A DNA stretch of 64,000 nt from Clostridia bacterium (GCA_017621475.1 JAGATA010000020.1:10948-74947); one strand, 5' to 3'; shown: positions 20,063 through 30,356, counted from the first letter of the stretch. Made by a program: numbers and translations. Notes: a model not told the origin generated them from the sequence alone.

Positions 20063-21333
20063 TATTCAGCCTCCGTTCCGCAAAGGAAATATTCTGTATC
20101 GAGCTGTATATTCTGTGCTGCGGCAACTATTTGCGCTTTGGTAACGCGCTCCGTTTTTTCAATAAGGTCGGCAGGGGAATCTTCAGAACTGAATACTCTT
20201 GCCGCGGCGTAGTGGGAATGTATCGCATCTGCACTATCATCGGTAGAGAGGAATGCATTGCGAAGTCTTTTCTTTGCGCTTGTGATTTCTTCCTCGGTGA
20301 TATTGCCTTTTTTGATCTCTTCAAGCTGGAAAAGTATTTCGTTTCTCGCTTTTTCGCGGTTGGAAACCTTGATGCCGCTCGTTACCATCATAATGCCCTT
20401 TGTGTATATACGAGAAGAGCAATGGTAGCAAAGGGAGAGCTTTTCGCGCACGTTGCGGAAAAGCTTGGATTGTGTGCCGGAGCCGAAAACGCTGTTCAGT
20501 ACGCGAAGCACGTTGTAATCCTCCTCATAACCGCCGATACCTGTGCGGAAGCCGAGAACGAGCTTGCCCTGGTTAAGGGATTGATGCTCGCATACGTTTT
20601 TCACTTCTTTTACGTATTTTACAACGTCTGTGGAGTAATCGGGTATTTCGCCGCGCTGTATGTCCGCAAACGTGTTGCGGACAAAAGCTTCGGAAACGGC
20701 TTCTTCAATGTCACCTATTACCCATACTTCTATTTTTGCGTGGGAAAGGATATATTTGTATCTTTCAAAAAGGGAAGCGGACGTGATTTTTTCCACGTCT
20801 TCTGCTTTACCCATTTCGGAAATACCCCACGCTTCGTTGGCACACATTATTTCCGTGCATCTTTTGAGCGCGAATGAGTCTTTTTCGTTTATCTGCGCTT
20901 CAATATCTGTAATAAGCTTGTCTTTTTCGCTTTCCACGTAAGCTTTATCGAAAACGCCGTCCTCCGTTTTGGGGGATTTGAATATTTCCGTAAGCAGAGA
21001 GGTAACGCCGCCCGTTATATCCTCGCCGTACAGAGCATATCTGTCGGAGAGGAGCTTTGCATAAACAGTTATAACGTGCGCTTCGCCGTTTGTTCCGACG
21101 TAGCTGTCTATTTCCGCGCCGTAAAGAGAGGAAAGCTCCTTCTGAACAGAAAGAAGGTTTTGATGTTTATTTGTTCCGCGAAGGAGCACGGATGTGAACA
21201 GCGCATTTTCTGCCGCGTGCTCGCGCTCCAATGGGAGGATGAGATCTATAAATATTCTGTTAAATTTGAATTTATCCGTCTTGACTGTCGTAAGTGCAAT
21301 GCCGTCAAAAATATCTTTTCTTGATATTTGCAT
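20062..21333 (-). CDS. M16 peptidase-like protein, YmfF-like (inactive subunit)
   Basis: TDKFK, SKLF.NVREK.SLCY; no HxxEH; paired with ymfH. Confidence 0.88.
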   Translation of the reverse strand: MQISRKDIFDGIALTTVKTDKFKFNRIFIDLILPLEREHAAENALFTSVLLRGTNKHQNLLSVQKELSSLYGAEIDSYVGTNGEAHVITVYAKLLSDRYALYGEDITGGVTSLLTEIFKSPKTEDGVFDKAYVESEKDKLITDIEAQINEKDSFALKRCTEIMCANEAWGISEMGKAEDVEKITSASLFERYKYILSHAKIEVWVIGDIEEAVSEAFVRNTFADIQRGEIPDYSTDVVKYVKEVKNVCEHQSLNQGKLVLGFRTGIGGYEEDYNVLRVLNSVFGSGTQSKLFRNVREKLSLCYHCSSRIYTKGIMMVTSGIKVSNREKARNEILFQLEEIKKGNITEEEITSAKKRLRNAFLSTDDSADAIHSHYAAARVFSSEDSPADLIEKTERVTKAQIVAAAQNIQLDTEYFLCGTEAE

Positions 21334-21663
21334 TATTTCCTCCGATTTTAGAATAATTTATTTGAACATATAATATAATATTTTACTCTATTTTGACCTA
21401 TAATGCAATGGGAAAAATGTAAATAAATATAATAAACAGGAAAAAAGCGCCCCGAAGGACGCTTTTTTCTTTTGCAAACAGATCGGAAATATTAAGTATC
21501 GCCGTGAAAAAAACACTTGCGATATTTAACCGTATTTAATTGTTACATAATATATAAAGATGCGTTAAGGATTGAATTGGGAAAATATATCATTTTCATA
21601 AATTATGAGAATTGAATAATGTTTACTTATTTTATAAAATATTGGTAAAAAAAGAATGTTCTT

Positions 21664-21722
21664 CATATTTGCACTCATATGAGTACAAATATATTATATT
21701 ATAAAAATATAATAATGTCAAG
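21664..21722 (-). promoter_or_regulatory. Outward sigma-A promoter with long palindromic operator
   Basis: Minus-strand TTGACA-17-TATAAT; palindrome atatttgcactcatatgagtacaaatat. Confidence 0.65.
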
Positions 21723-21757
21723 AATTTCTTGTCGGACGGAATAAAGGTGATATTATT

Positions 21758-21991
21758 ATGGATGAAAAAATAGAAAAACAGATAGGAAAGAACATACGCG
21801 CCCTGCGCGAACGCGCAGGACTTACACAGGAAACTATGGCGGCAAAGCTGCAGCTGCGCGGCTGCGATATAACGCGCAGTGCCGTTGCAAAAATAGAAGT
21901 GGGTCAAAGACATCTTTACCCCGATGAGATAATGCATATAAAAGAAATTTTAAATGTCACGTATGACGAGATATTTTCTGTTAATAAATAA
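21758..21991 (+). CDS. XRE-family HTH regulator
   Basis: IG.NIR.LR...LTQE...AKLQ...ITRS.VAKIE.GQR. Confidence 0.88.
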   Translation: MDEKIEKQIGKNIRALRERAGLTQETMAAKLQLRGCDITRSAVAKIEVGQRHLYPDEIMHIKEILNVTYDEIFSVNK

Positions 21992-22018
21992 AAAATGCAA
22001 TCAAACTTTACTTTTTGG

Positions 22019-22047
22019 TTGACAGTTGTCTCGATGTGTGCTACAAT
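22019..22047 (+). promoter_or_regulatory. sigma-A promoter of tRNA
   Basis: TTGACA-17-TACAAT. Confidence 0.8.
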
Positions 22048-22064
22048 AATACAAACATGATTTT

Positions 22065-22148
22065 GCGGCTGTGGCGAAATTGGCAGACGCGCCAGACTTA
22101 GGATCTGGTGTCTTCGACGTGGGGGTTCAAGTCCCTTCAGCCGCACCA
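22065..22148 (+). tRNA. tRNA-Leu (anticodon TAG)
   Basis: Acceptor stem gcggctg/cagccgc, anticodon arm ccaga-cttagga-tctgg, long variable arm, GGTTCAAGTCC T-loop, encoded CCA. Confidence 0.97.
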
Positions 22149-22264
22149 AAAACGAAAAATCCCGTCGACCTTTGTCGATGGGATTTTTCGTTTTGTATTA
22201 TTCATCATTCATTCGACGGGGTTTTCAATGAATATTCAATGATGAAATTGCTTTGCTGATGAAT

Positions 22265-23427
22265 CACGGGAATCAATTTTCAAAAATACCCCAAAGCACG
22301 TCGGAATCCAAAAGACAATCGAACATAATTTTAGAAATTGGTTTTTTGAAATTGGATTTTATTTTAAAGGATTTGAGGAGATTAAGTGCGAGTTTCTGAA
22401 GCATATTCAAATTTTTAATAACAGTCCTATCATCAATACGGCAAAAATCTTCCTCGAAGATTACATCAAGCATCCAATGCATAGTTTCAACAGACCATTC
22501 GGAGCGAGCTGCAACGAGCAGATCATCAGCAGAGAGATTCCTACTCGAAATATAGTAGTGCCATCCATCTGAAACACCTTGTTTTGTTGTAAAATTAGTA
22601 TGGATCGCACCTATACAAACAATATTTTTCCACTCATGCGAATTTGTTAACCAAGAAATATTCTTTGTAACATAAGCTGTTCGCTTTTCAATTCTGCCGC
22701 GGTTTTTCTCTGTTTTAGACGCACAATCCATGGTTTTTATTAAAGTTGTATCCTGAACGTACTCTTCAATATCATTTTTCAAAGACGGATGGTTGTCTTT
22801 TACGCATAACAAATAATCCCCCGCACCATTCACGATGGTTTCGGCGGTTTTCTTTTGACAATGCATAGCATCTGCAACGATCAAACATCCGCTAATATTT
22901 AATTCATTTAAAAGATTTTCCACCGCCGGAATCTCGTTGCTTTTTCCTTCAACGCTTTTTTGCCCTATTGTAATTCCAAGTTCTGCTATGTGTGCGCTTA
23001 CAATATGCAGTGCACTGATTCCTTCTGTTGCTTTTTCGCCGGAACGCACGCTTTTTCCATCGACCGCTATGGTATATTCTTTTTTTTCTTCAACCATTTC
23101 GCTTACCCATCTGGTGAAGCATTTGTTCAAAGATTCCGGTTTTATGATTTTGAGAAGACATAGCATCCAATAATAGCAAGGTACGCTCTCTATTTTGAAT
23201 TTCTCCTTTAAAAATTCGCTTACTTTTTTATTATTTGCCCATTGATTTATTTGGCTGACATTTTTCAATCCGCAAATACTTCCAAGTATTACTGTTGCTA
23301 TTACATCTCCTATTTTACAAAAATACCCTTTGTATTCCTTGCTTGTTTCTATTTCCTTAAAATATTCCTGTATTTCCATGTTTTTTATTATATCATATTT
23401 TTATGTTTTTGAAAATTGATTTCCGTG
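22265..23427 (-). mobile_element. ISAs1-family insertion sequence
   Basis: 22-bp terminal IRs cacgg(g/a)aatcaattttcaaaaa (1 mismatch) enclosing the transposase; no TSD visible. Confidence 0.9.
22273..23379 (-). CDS. ISAs1-family DDE transposase
   Basis: IAVDGK, KSNEIP, DAMHCQ, GRIEKR, HWMLDV.F.ED. Confidence 0.95.
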   Translation of the reverse strand: MEIQEYFKEIETSKEYKGYFCKIGDVIATVILGSICGLKNVSQINQWANNKKVSEFLKEKFKIESVPCYYWMLCLLKIIKPESLNKCFTRWVSEMVEEKKEYTIAVDGKSVRSGEKATEGISALHIVSAHIAELGITIGQKSVEGKSNEIPAVENLLNELNISGCLIVADAMHCQKKTAETIVNGAGDYLLCVKDNHPSLKNDIEEYVQDTTLIKTMDCASKTEKNRGRIEKRTAYVTKNISWLTNSHEWKNIVCIGAIHTNFTTKQGVSDGWHYYISSRNLSADDLLVAARSEWSVETMHWMLDVIFEEDFCRIDDRTVIKNLNMLQKLALNLLKSFKIKSNFKKPISKIMFDCLLDSDVLWGIFEN

Positions 23428-23499
23428 CCCTTATTTTGGGGCATAAATCGTAATTTGCTTTAATATACTTTTGGATAGATATCTATATCAAGGGGAAAA

Positions 23500-25071
23500 G
23501 TGAAAATGAACAGGCTTAAAAGGTTTGCGGCAAACGCCGCAATAATTGGCGGCGTTTCCATATTTATGCGTATAATCTCCGTTATGTTTAACGCATACGC
23601 CGCAAACGCTGTCGGTGCGGAAGGCATAGGCGTATATTCGCTTATTACAAGCGTCTATGTTTTTGCGGTGACGCTTGCCACGTCCGGCATAAATCTTGCC
23701 GTAACGCGGCTTGTTTCGGAGGAGCTTGCCCACGGCAACGAGCGCGGCGCGATCGCCTGCGTGCGAAAGTGCGTTACATATAGCTTGATATTCGGTTTTT
23801 CCGCCGCACTTCTTATGTTTTTCTTCGCGCGGCCGATAGGGGAAAATATACTTGGGGACGAAAGAACGGTGCTTTCTCTGAAAGCGCTTTCCGTAAGCCT
23901 TCCGTTTATTGCTCTTTCAAACGTGCTTTCGGGATATTTCAACGCGGTGAGGAGAGTTTCCAAAAGCGCTTCCGCTTCTGTTACAGAGCAGTTTGTGAAG
24001 ATCGGAATAACCGTATTGTTTTTACAGATGATAGGACCGCGTTCCGTGGAATATTCGTGCCTTGCACTGGTGCTGGGCACGAGCATTTCGGAGGGGCTTT
24101 CGTTTATTTATCTTACGCTTTTTTATTTTCACGATAAGAAAAAGCACATTGGAAACAGCGGCAGCGTGCCGCGCGGCTTAACTTCCCGAATGCTTCATAT
24201 CTCCTTGCCGATTGCGGCAAGCGCATATCTTAGAAGCGCGCTTGTGACTGTGGAGCATATACTTATTCCACGCGGCTTGCGCCGCCATGGTGCAGGACAG
24301 AGCGAAGCTCTTGCTTCCTACGGGACGATACACGGAATGGTCTTTCCGCTTATCTTTTTTCCCTCCGCGGTTTCTGCGACTTTTGCTTCTCTTATCGTGC
24401 CGGAGCTTTCGGAGCTTTGCGCGAAGTACGGAAGGCGCGATGCGCGTCATATAAAATACGTCGTTTCACGAGCTATAACGATGACGGTTATGTTCGGGGC
24501 TTTATGCGCGGGTGTTTTTATTCTTTTTTCGGATTCTCTGGGGCTTCTTGTTTACAAAAGCGAGGAAGCGGCAAAATATATCGGCATTTTCGCCGTTCTC
24601 ATACCGCTTATGTATCTTGATACCACGGTGGACGGGATGCTCAAAGGGCTTAACGAACAGTTAAATTCTATGAAATATAACATTATAGATGCGGCGCTTA
24701 GCGTTTTCCTCGTTTATACCTTGCTCCCGAAAATGGGTATAGGCGGTTACGTTGTGTGCGTTTTCGCAACGGAGCTTGTAAACGATGTGCTCAGCCTTAC
24801 ACGGCTTATAAAGGTAACGGGCGTGAAGATAAATATATGGCGCACGGTATTTTGTCCTGTGCTGTCGGTTATCGGCGCAGGCACGGTAACAAACCTGCTT
24901 TTGCGCTCGCTTCCGTTCGCGTTCCACAGCTTGCTTGTGGAAACGGTTTGCGGAATACTTGTGCTTGCGGTCATATACGTTGCGTTTCTTGTCGCGTTCG
25001 GCGGCATCAGCGCACAGGACTTGGAGTGGATAAAGAGCATATTTTCCAAAAAAGAGAGAGCGTGCGCGTGA
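23500..25071 (+). CDS. SpoVB/MurJ-like MOP flippase
   Basis: Multi-TM; VGAEGIG.Y, ATSGI..AV.RLVS, EQFVK; possible sigma-E-like promoter at ~23440-23468. Confidence 0.85.
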   Translation: MKMNRLKRFAANAAIIGGVSIFMRIISVMFNAYAANAVGAEGIGVYSLITSVYVFAVTLATSGINLAVTRLVSEELAHGNERGAIACVRKCVTYSLIFGFSAALLMFFFARPIGENILGDERTVLSLKALSVSLPFIALSNVLSGYFNAVRRVSKSASASVTEQFVKIGITVLFLQMIGPRSVEYSCLALVLGTSISEGLSFIYLTLFYFHDKKKHIGNSGSVPRGLTSRMLHISLPIAASAYLRSALVTVEHILIPRGLRRHGAGQSEALASYGTIHGMVFPLIFFPSAVSATFASLIVPELSELCAKYGRRDARHIKYVVSRAITMTVMFGALCAGVFILFSDSLGLLVYKSEEAAKYIGIFAVLIPLMYLDTTVDGMLKGLNEQLNSMKYNIIDAALSVFLVYTLLPKMGIGGYVVCVFATELVNDVLSLTRLIKVTGVKINIWRTVFCPVLSVIGAGTVTNLLLRSLPFAFHSLLVETVCGILVLAVIYVAFLVAFGGISAQDLEWIKSIFSKKERACA

Positions 25072-25101
25072 AAAAATCCCCCTTTTGTAAGGGGGATTAA
25101 T

Positions 25102-25941
25102 TTATATGAGGCTTTCTTCAATCTTATCTATAAGGTCGGCAATAGCGCCGTCCTTGCAATGGCAGGTCATAATATCTGCAATGGACTTTATATGCTCCGT
25201 GGCGTTTGCGGGGCAGACCGCCACGTCTGCGGCAAGGAGCATATTGAAATCATTTTCGTAATCTCCGATGCAATAGAATTTTGCGTTGGGATTTATTTTC
25301 CTTGCTTCGTTCTTGAGGTAATTTATCTGAAAAGCCTTGGAAACACCTTTAGGCTGAATCTCCACAAGGTTCGGCGCGGAATACGTAAGCTCGAAAATAT
25401 CGCCGTATATTCCGGCAAGATAGTCGTGAACTTCATTTCTTCGCGCTACGCCTGCGTCGATAACTATTTTGAAAAAGTCTTTTCCATCGATCTTGTCTAT
25501 CGGCACGCTTTCGGATATGGCAAGGTAGCCGTTCTCACCGAATATTCGGTGCATGACCTCGTCTTCGTCATAGATAAGGAAGCCGCGCGACGTTGTGGCG
25601 CGTGCGCCTGCAAAGTCCGCGAACTTTTCCCGAACGGTGTGGAAAACCATCGCCGCTTTATCCTCCGGCAGTATGTACTGCGGATTTATTATCGTATCCG
25701 TTGTGCTGTCGTAAAGCAGGCTTCCGTTGCAGAATATGCAGGGCATATTGCAAAGTTCGCGGAAGGAGGGGAGGACTTTTGCCGTATCGAACTGATTTCT
25801 GCCCGTGGAAAAGGCAAAATGACCTCCGTTTTCCGTGAAATATTTGATCTTTTCTATATTTCGCGGCGGAATATACGCACATTCCCAAAGAAACGTGCCG
25901 TCTATATCGGAAGCGATGTAGATGTTTTCAAACTTTTTCAA
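25102..25941 (-). CDS. Cof-type HAD hydrolase
   Basis: SDIDGT, STGR, GVSKA, IGDYEND. Confidence 0.9.
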   Translation of the reverse strand: MKKFENIYIASDIDGTFLWECAYIPPRNIEKIKYFTENGGHFAFSTGRNQFDTAKVLPSFRELCNMPCIFCNGSLLYDSTTDTIINPQYILPEDKAAMVFHTVREKFADFAGARATTSRGFLIYDEDEVMHRIFGENGYLAISESVPIDKIDGKDFFKIVIDAGVARRNEVHDYLAGIYGDIFELTYSAPNLVEIQPKGVSKAFQINYLKNEARKINPNAKFYCIGDYENDFNMLLAADVAVCPANATEHIKSIADIMTCHCKDGAIADLIDKIEESLI

Positions 25942-25950
25942 AGTTGCACC

Positions 25951-26877
25951 TCAATTTTTCTGTCGTAATTTTTGGAGTACGTTTGTAAAATATTCGGGAA
26001 GGGGGCAGGAAAAGTGCATAATTTCCCCCGTGCGCGGATGCGTAAGTTCCAGCTCTGCGGCGTGCAGGCATTGTCCCGGGTTATCGCGCATATATTCGCG
26101 GTTAAGAGGCAATTTAGCACTTCCGTAAACCTCATCCCCAAGAAGCGGATGACCTATATGCGAAAGATGCACGCGGATCTGGTGCGTTCTGCCTGTTTCA
26201 AGGATGCATTTAACGTAGGTAGCCCCCACGAAATTTTCCATAACCTCCACGTGTGTCACAGCGTTTTTGGAGTTTTTTTCCGTTACCGCCATCTTTTTTC
26301 TGTCCACGGCGCTTCTGCCTATGGGAAAATCGAGTGTCATATTTTCGTCTATGCGTCCGATGGCGATAGCGTGGTATATGCGGGAGACCTTATGCTCCTT
26401 TATTTGTGCGGAAAGAGAAAGATGGGCATCGTTGTTTTTTGCAACGACGAGAAGCCCGCTTGTGTCCTTGTCTATTCTGTGAACGATGCCGGGGCGGATA
26501 ACACCGCCTATGTCGGAGAGCGCGCTGCCTCTGTGGAACATAAGCGCGTTTACAAGCGTACCGGAATAGTTTCCTGCCGCGGGATGAACGACCATACCGC
26601 GTGCCTTGTTTACAACTATTATATCCTCGTCCTCGTAAACTATATCGACGGGAATATCCTCCGGCTCTGCTTCGCAGTTCTGCGGGGGAGGGTAGTCAAC
26701 GGAAATGGTGTCCGCTTTTCTTATCTTATAATTCTTGCTTTTTGCTGTGCCGCATACAAGGACGTTGCCGTCCTCTATAAGCTTTTGCGCGAAAGCGCGC
26801 GTCACGTCCTCGCGCTCCGTGAGAAAAACGTCGAGCCTTTTGCCGATATCCTCGTCAAAAACTTCTATATCGATCAT
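25951..26877 (-). CDS. rluD: RluA/RluD-family pseudouridine synthase
   Basis: S4 domain, HRIDKDTSG, LETGRTHQIRVH. Confidence 0.92.
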   Translation of the reverse strand: MIDIEVFDEDIGKRLDVFLTEREDVTRAFAQKLIEDGNVLVCGTAKSKNYKIRKADTISVDYPPPQNCEAEPEDIPVDIVYEDEDIIVVNKARGMVVHPAAGNYSGTLVNALMFHRGSALSDIGGVIRPGIVHRIDKDTSGLLVVAKNNDAHLSLSAQIKEHKVSRIYHAIAIGRIDENMTLDFPIGRSAVDRKKMAVTEKNSKNAVTHVEVMENFVGATYVKCILETGRTHQIRVHLSHIGHPLLGDEVYGSAKLPLNREYMRDNPGQCLHAAELELTHPRTGEIMHFSCPLPEYFTNVLQKLRQKN

Positions 26878-27389
26878 TTCTTGTCTTCTCCGTTTTCTTT
26901 TTTTGCTTCTTTTTTGTTCTTGTCGTTGGGCGGGAAGATTGTCTTATCGAGGAATGCAAGGTAGATAAACATAAGGAATGCGCCCACGCAGACGAATATA
27001 TCCGCTACGTTGAATATGGCAAAATCCATAAAAGCAAGCTCGATAAAGTCTGTAACGAAGCCATTCGGGGCGAAGAGCCTGTCTATCATATTTCCTATCG
27101 CACCGCCGATGATAAGCGAAAGCGAAAAGCCGAAAAGAAAATGCACCTTGCGGTATTTATAAAGAAGAAAGGGAAGTCCTATTATCGCGGCGGCGGAAAT
27201 TATGAGAAATACCCATCTGGCATTGTCCAGCATACCGAATGCCGCGCCATCGTTTTTAATATGTGTGAAATTTATAATTCCGGGTATGAACTTGACGGAT
27301 TCGCCCACGTCAAGGCAAGCGATGGCAATAAGCTTAGTTATCTGATCAAGTACAACCGAAAGTATAATAATTATTGTCCAAAGGATCAT
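26874..27389 (-). CDS. lspA: Lipoprotein signal peptidase II
   Basis: DQITK, N.GAAFG, GA.GN.IDR, V.DFI, FNVAD. Confidence 0.95.
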   Translation of the reverse strand: MILWTIIIILSVVLDQITKLIAIACLDVGESVKFIPGIINFTHIKNDGAAFGMLDNARWVFLIISAAAIIGLPFLLYKYRKVHFLFGFSLSLIIGGAIGNMIDRLFAPNGFVTDFIELAFMDFAIFNVADIFVCVGAFLMFIYLAFLDKTIFPPNDKNKKEAKKENGEDKK

Positions 27390-27440
27390 AAAAAACTCCG
27401 TAATTTTATTATAGCCTTCTCCGCGGAGAAGGCTATGCGA

Positions 27441-28526
27441 TTATTTTTTGTTTTTATTTTTTGTTTCTATAAGAGAATCCGTTGCATCGTCCAGATTGAG
27501 CATAAACTGCGCTTCTATCTTGGGAATGCTGCGGGCATCCTCTTCCTCGTATTCGCGAAGCATTTCCAAAACGGAACGAAGCTGTTTCTTGCGCTTCTTC
27601 GTTGAACGTACTTTTGAAGGAATAACGATCTTGAGAGCTGTTTCTTCTTCTTTAAGGGGAAGCTCTTCCGTTTCGGGTTCTTCGGGAAGTTCCTCATGCG
27701 GGGGCTCTTTTTCAAATTCGTCATCCTTGTCGTCATCGTCGAAGAGTTCTTCGCTTTCAGGAAGCTCTTGCTCGGCGGCAATATTTTCGTGAATTTGACC
27801 TTCGTGAATATCGGGAGTTTGCGTTTCTTCCTCTTGCGCATTCTTTGCAAATATCTGCTCTTCCTCTTCGATGATGTTCTTCTTTGTAAGAGTGTTGATG
27901 AATGCGCTGATCTCTTCTTCTGTGGGAAGCTCGTCGCGGCCATCGTCCATAAGCTCTTGTTCGCTTCCGTCATCGTAGCCAACGGAAATATCGTATTCTG
28001 CGGTGATGTCGTGCTTGAGTTCTTCGATAACGCGGGAAACATATTCATTTGCGCTGAGGTCTTCCTCATATTCAAAGGGAGGGGAAAGCCTTTCTATAAG
28101 CTCGATGTGCTGTTTATACTTGGCAAAAACGTCTTTTTTGAAAAGCTCCACTCTTGCGTTCATTTCCGCAAGGGCATCTTTTTGCGTATCTACCTTGTCA
28201 CGGAAATCGCGAAGTATTGCATCGCAATTCTTTTTTATTGCAACGAGAATATCGTCTGCGCGCGTGTAAGCCTCCTCTATAAGCTTATCACTTTTTGCTT
28301 TTGCTTCTTCGAGCGTTTTTTGCGCTCGCTTTTCTTCCGTGTCGATCTTTTCAAGGCGCAGTTTTGCAACCGCTACCTGCTCTTCAAGTTCGGCACAGCG
28401 GCGGTAAAGTATAGAGTAGTTTTTCAAGACCTTGTTGATATACTCATCCACCTCGGCTCTGTTATAGCCTTTGAAGGAATGGGAAAAGCTTGCACCTGCA
28501 AGGTCCTTTGGTGTAATTACCGACAT
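27441..28526 (-). CDS. divIVA: DivIVA-domain protein with long acidic C-terminal extension
   Basis: ITP.D....F...F.GY...EVD; coiled coil; synteny. Confidence 0.85.
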   Translation of the reverse strand: MSVITPKDLAGASFSHSFKGYNRAEVDEYINKVLKNYSILYRRCAELEEQVAVAKLRLEKIDTEEKRAQKTLEEAKAKSDKLIEEAYTRADDILVAIKKNCDAILRDFRDKVDTQKDALAEMNARVELFKKDVFAKYKQHIELIERLSPPFEYEEDLSANEYVSRVIEELKHDITAEYDISVGYDDGSEQELMDDGRDELPTEEEISAFINTLTKKNIIEEEEQIFAKNAQEEETQTPDIHEGQIHENIAAEQELPESEELFDDDDKDDEFEKEPPHEELPEEPETEELPLKEEETALKIVIPSKVRSTKKRKKQLRSVLEMLREYEEEDARSIPKIEAQFMLNLDDATDSLIETKNKNKK

Positions 28527-28578
28527 AAGCAGACATCCTTAAATAAAATAGAATTGATTTTTACTTGCGCGTGGGAAA

Positions 28579-28857
28579 TTAAAGAAGTGATCCGCAGATC
28601 AAACGAATTATTACAAGAAGGAGATAGGTTATTATAAAAGAAAAATCCAAAGGGGTCAGAAGTGAATCAAGTCGTGCCTTATAAAGAAGCTTTCTTACCG
28701 GCAGGAGCAACGGCTCTGTAAATGCGTATATTACATCTACAATCCCGCCGCGAAGCCCCGGAAACCAGGAAAGTATCGCCCTTACCGCAAGCATAAGCAT
28801 AGCTATGTTGCAGAGCAGGTATATAATGCTTGATAACAGATAGACAAATGTATCCAT
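28579..28857 (-). CDS. YggT/YlmG membrane protein
   Basis: RAILSWF, TEP.L.P.R, LDFS. Confidence 0.88.
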   Translation of the reverse strand: MDTFVYLLSSIIYLLCNIAMLMLAVRAILSWFPGLRGGIVDVIYAFTEPLLLPVRKLLYKARLDSLLTPLDFSFIITYLLLVIIRLICGSLL

Positions 28858-29011
28858 TGTTCCCCCTATAAAAACCCAACGGGACTTTCGCCCCGTTGAA
28901 ATTTTTAAAAATGTGCAGTTTTATTCTGTGTGAAATAAGTTTAAGACAGCCGGTCCATAACATCGCACAAAGCGTTGTCCGCCGCGCGATCTTTTACCGA
29001 CCTATGTAAGA

Positions 29012-29512
29012 TCAATAAATTGTGTCGCTGGAAGGAGCTGCTTCGGGTTCTTCTTCTGATGCGGAAGAAAGACCGTATGTTGTTGTGAACTTATTCTGGG
29101 AATCGTCTGTTGCGGAAGCAGGACGCATCTGGTCTCCGGAAACGTCAACATTTGCGGGAGTGATAACGAATGTGTTGCTTGCAACTCTCTTGAGCTGACC
29201 GTCGATGGAATATGCAACGCCGGAAAGGAAGTCGAGAAGTCTCTTTGCTGTTTCCTTGTTTGTAGCTTCAAGGTTGAGGACAACTGTGCGATGGTTGAGA
29301 AGGTGGTCTGCGATCTGCTTAACGTTTGCGTAGCGTTCGGGCTTAACAACTTTAAGTTCGATAGCTGCACCTGTGCTCATAGGTTCGCGTGCAGAAGCAT
29401 TGTTTCTGTCTATTTCATCGATTTCATTTTCGATGGGGTAGAGAGTGTTATCATCAACTTCTTCAATGCTTTCTCCCATTATATTTCTTTTAAGTGAATC
29501 GAATATACCCAT
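29012..29512 (-). CDS. sepF: Cell division protein SepF
   Basis: IAD.L....VVLNLE, RLLDFLSG..Y..DG. Confidence 0.93.
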   Translation of the reverse strand: MGIFDSLKRNIMGESIEEVDDNTLYPIENEIDEIDRNNASAREPMSTGAAIELKVVKPERYANVKQIADHLLNHRTVVLNLEATNKETAKRLLDFLSGVAYSIDGQLKRVASNTFVITPANVDVSGDQMRPASATDDSQNKFTTTYGLSSASEEEPEAAPSSDTIY

Positions 29513-29636
29513 TTTTAAAACCTCCAAAATTTTATTTGATATTTTTTGCGAAAACGCGTATAATTTACGATTTTAATACTATCATTTCGATTATATCATA
29601 AGATATACCTATAATGCAATTCTTTTTTTGCATTTT

Positions 29637-30356
29637 TTAAATTTTTTCTTCGGAAGTATCTGTTTTTGTCGGATAATGGCGAGGACCGAAGATACCTGTG
29701 CCAATACGCACAAAATCGGAGCCGTGAGAAAGCGCTTCAGAGAAGTTACCGCTCATCCCCATGGAGAGGAGGGGCTTTTCCGTATCAGGGAAGTGCTTTG
29801 CAAAAACTTCATCGCGAAGGCGCACCATTTCTTCAAAGTACGGTGCATAATCGCGCGGGTCTTCCATAACGGGGGCAATAGTCATAAGTCCCTTGGGGCT
29901 TACGCTTGTAAACTCTGAAAGCGAGAGCAGAAAAGCGGAAAGCTCCTCCGGAAGGATTCCGTCCTTCTGTTCCTCTCTGCCGATGTTTACTTCTATAAGC
30001 ACGGGCATGGTGACACCGCATTTTTTTGCTCTTTTGTCTATCTCTTTTGCAAGAGAAAGGGAGGAGAGCGATTCTATCATATCGACTTTATCGATGATGT
30101 ATTTTACTTTGTTCGTTTGGAGCGTGCCTATCATATGGAGCTTGGCGTCCGGCAGGCTTTTTATGCAATCGTAATGGGAGAGCAGCTCCTGAACGCGGTT
30201 TTCCCCGAAGTAACGCACGCCGCAATCGTACGCTTTGCGAACCTCTTCGTCACTTCGCGTTTTTATTGCCGCCATAAGGTGTGCGTTCGGATACGGCTTC
30301 ATTTTTTTAAAAATATCCGCTATGTTTTTTTCTATGAGGTCGAAGTTTTCTGACAT
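29637..30356 (-). CDS. YggS/YlmE PLP-binding protein
   Basis: FGENRVQE, HMIG.LQTNKVK, LSMGMS, VRIGT.IFG.R. Confidence 0.93.
   Translation of the reverse strand: MSENFDLIEKNIADIFKKMKPYPNAHLMAAIKTRSDEEVRKAYDCGVRYFGENRVQELLSHYDCIKSLPDAKLHMIGTLQTNKVKYIIDKVDMIESLSSLSLAKEIDKRAKKCGVTMPVLIEVNIGREEQKDGILPEELSAFLLSLSEFTSVSPKGLMTIAPVMEDPRDYAPYFEEMVRLRDEVFAKHFPDTEKPLLSMGMSGNFSEALSHGSDFVRIGTGIFGPRHYPTKTDTSEEKI

Noticed and set aside
21916-22259. ORFs overlapping tRNA-Leu
   Set aside because: Spurious translations of the tRNA
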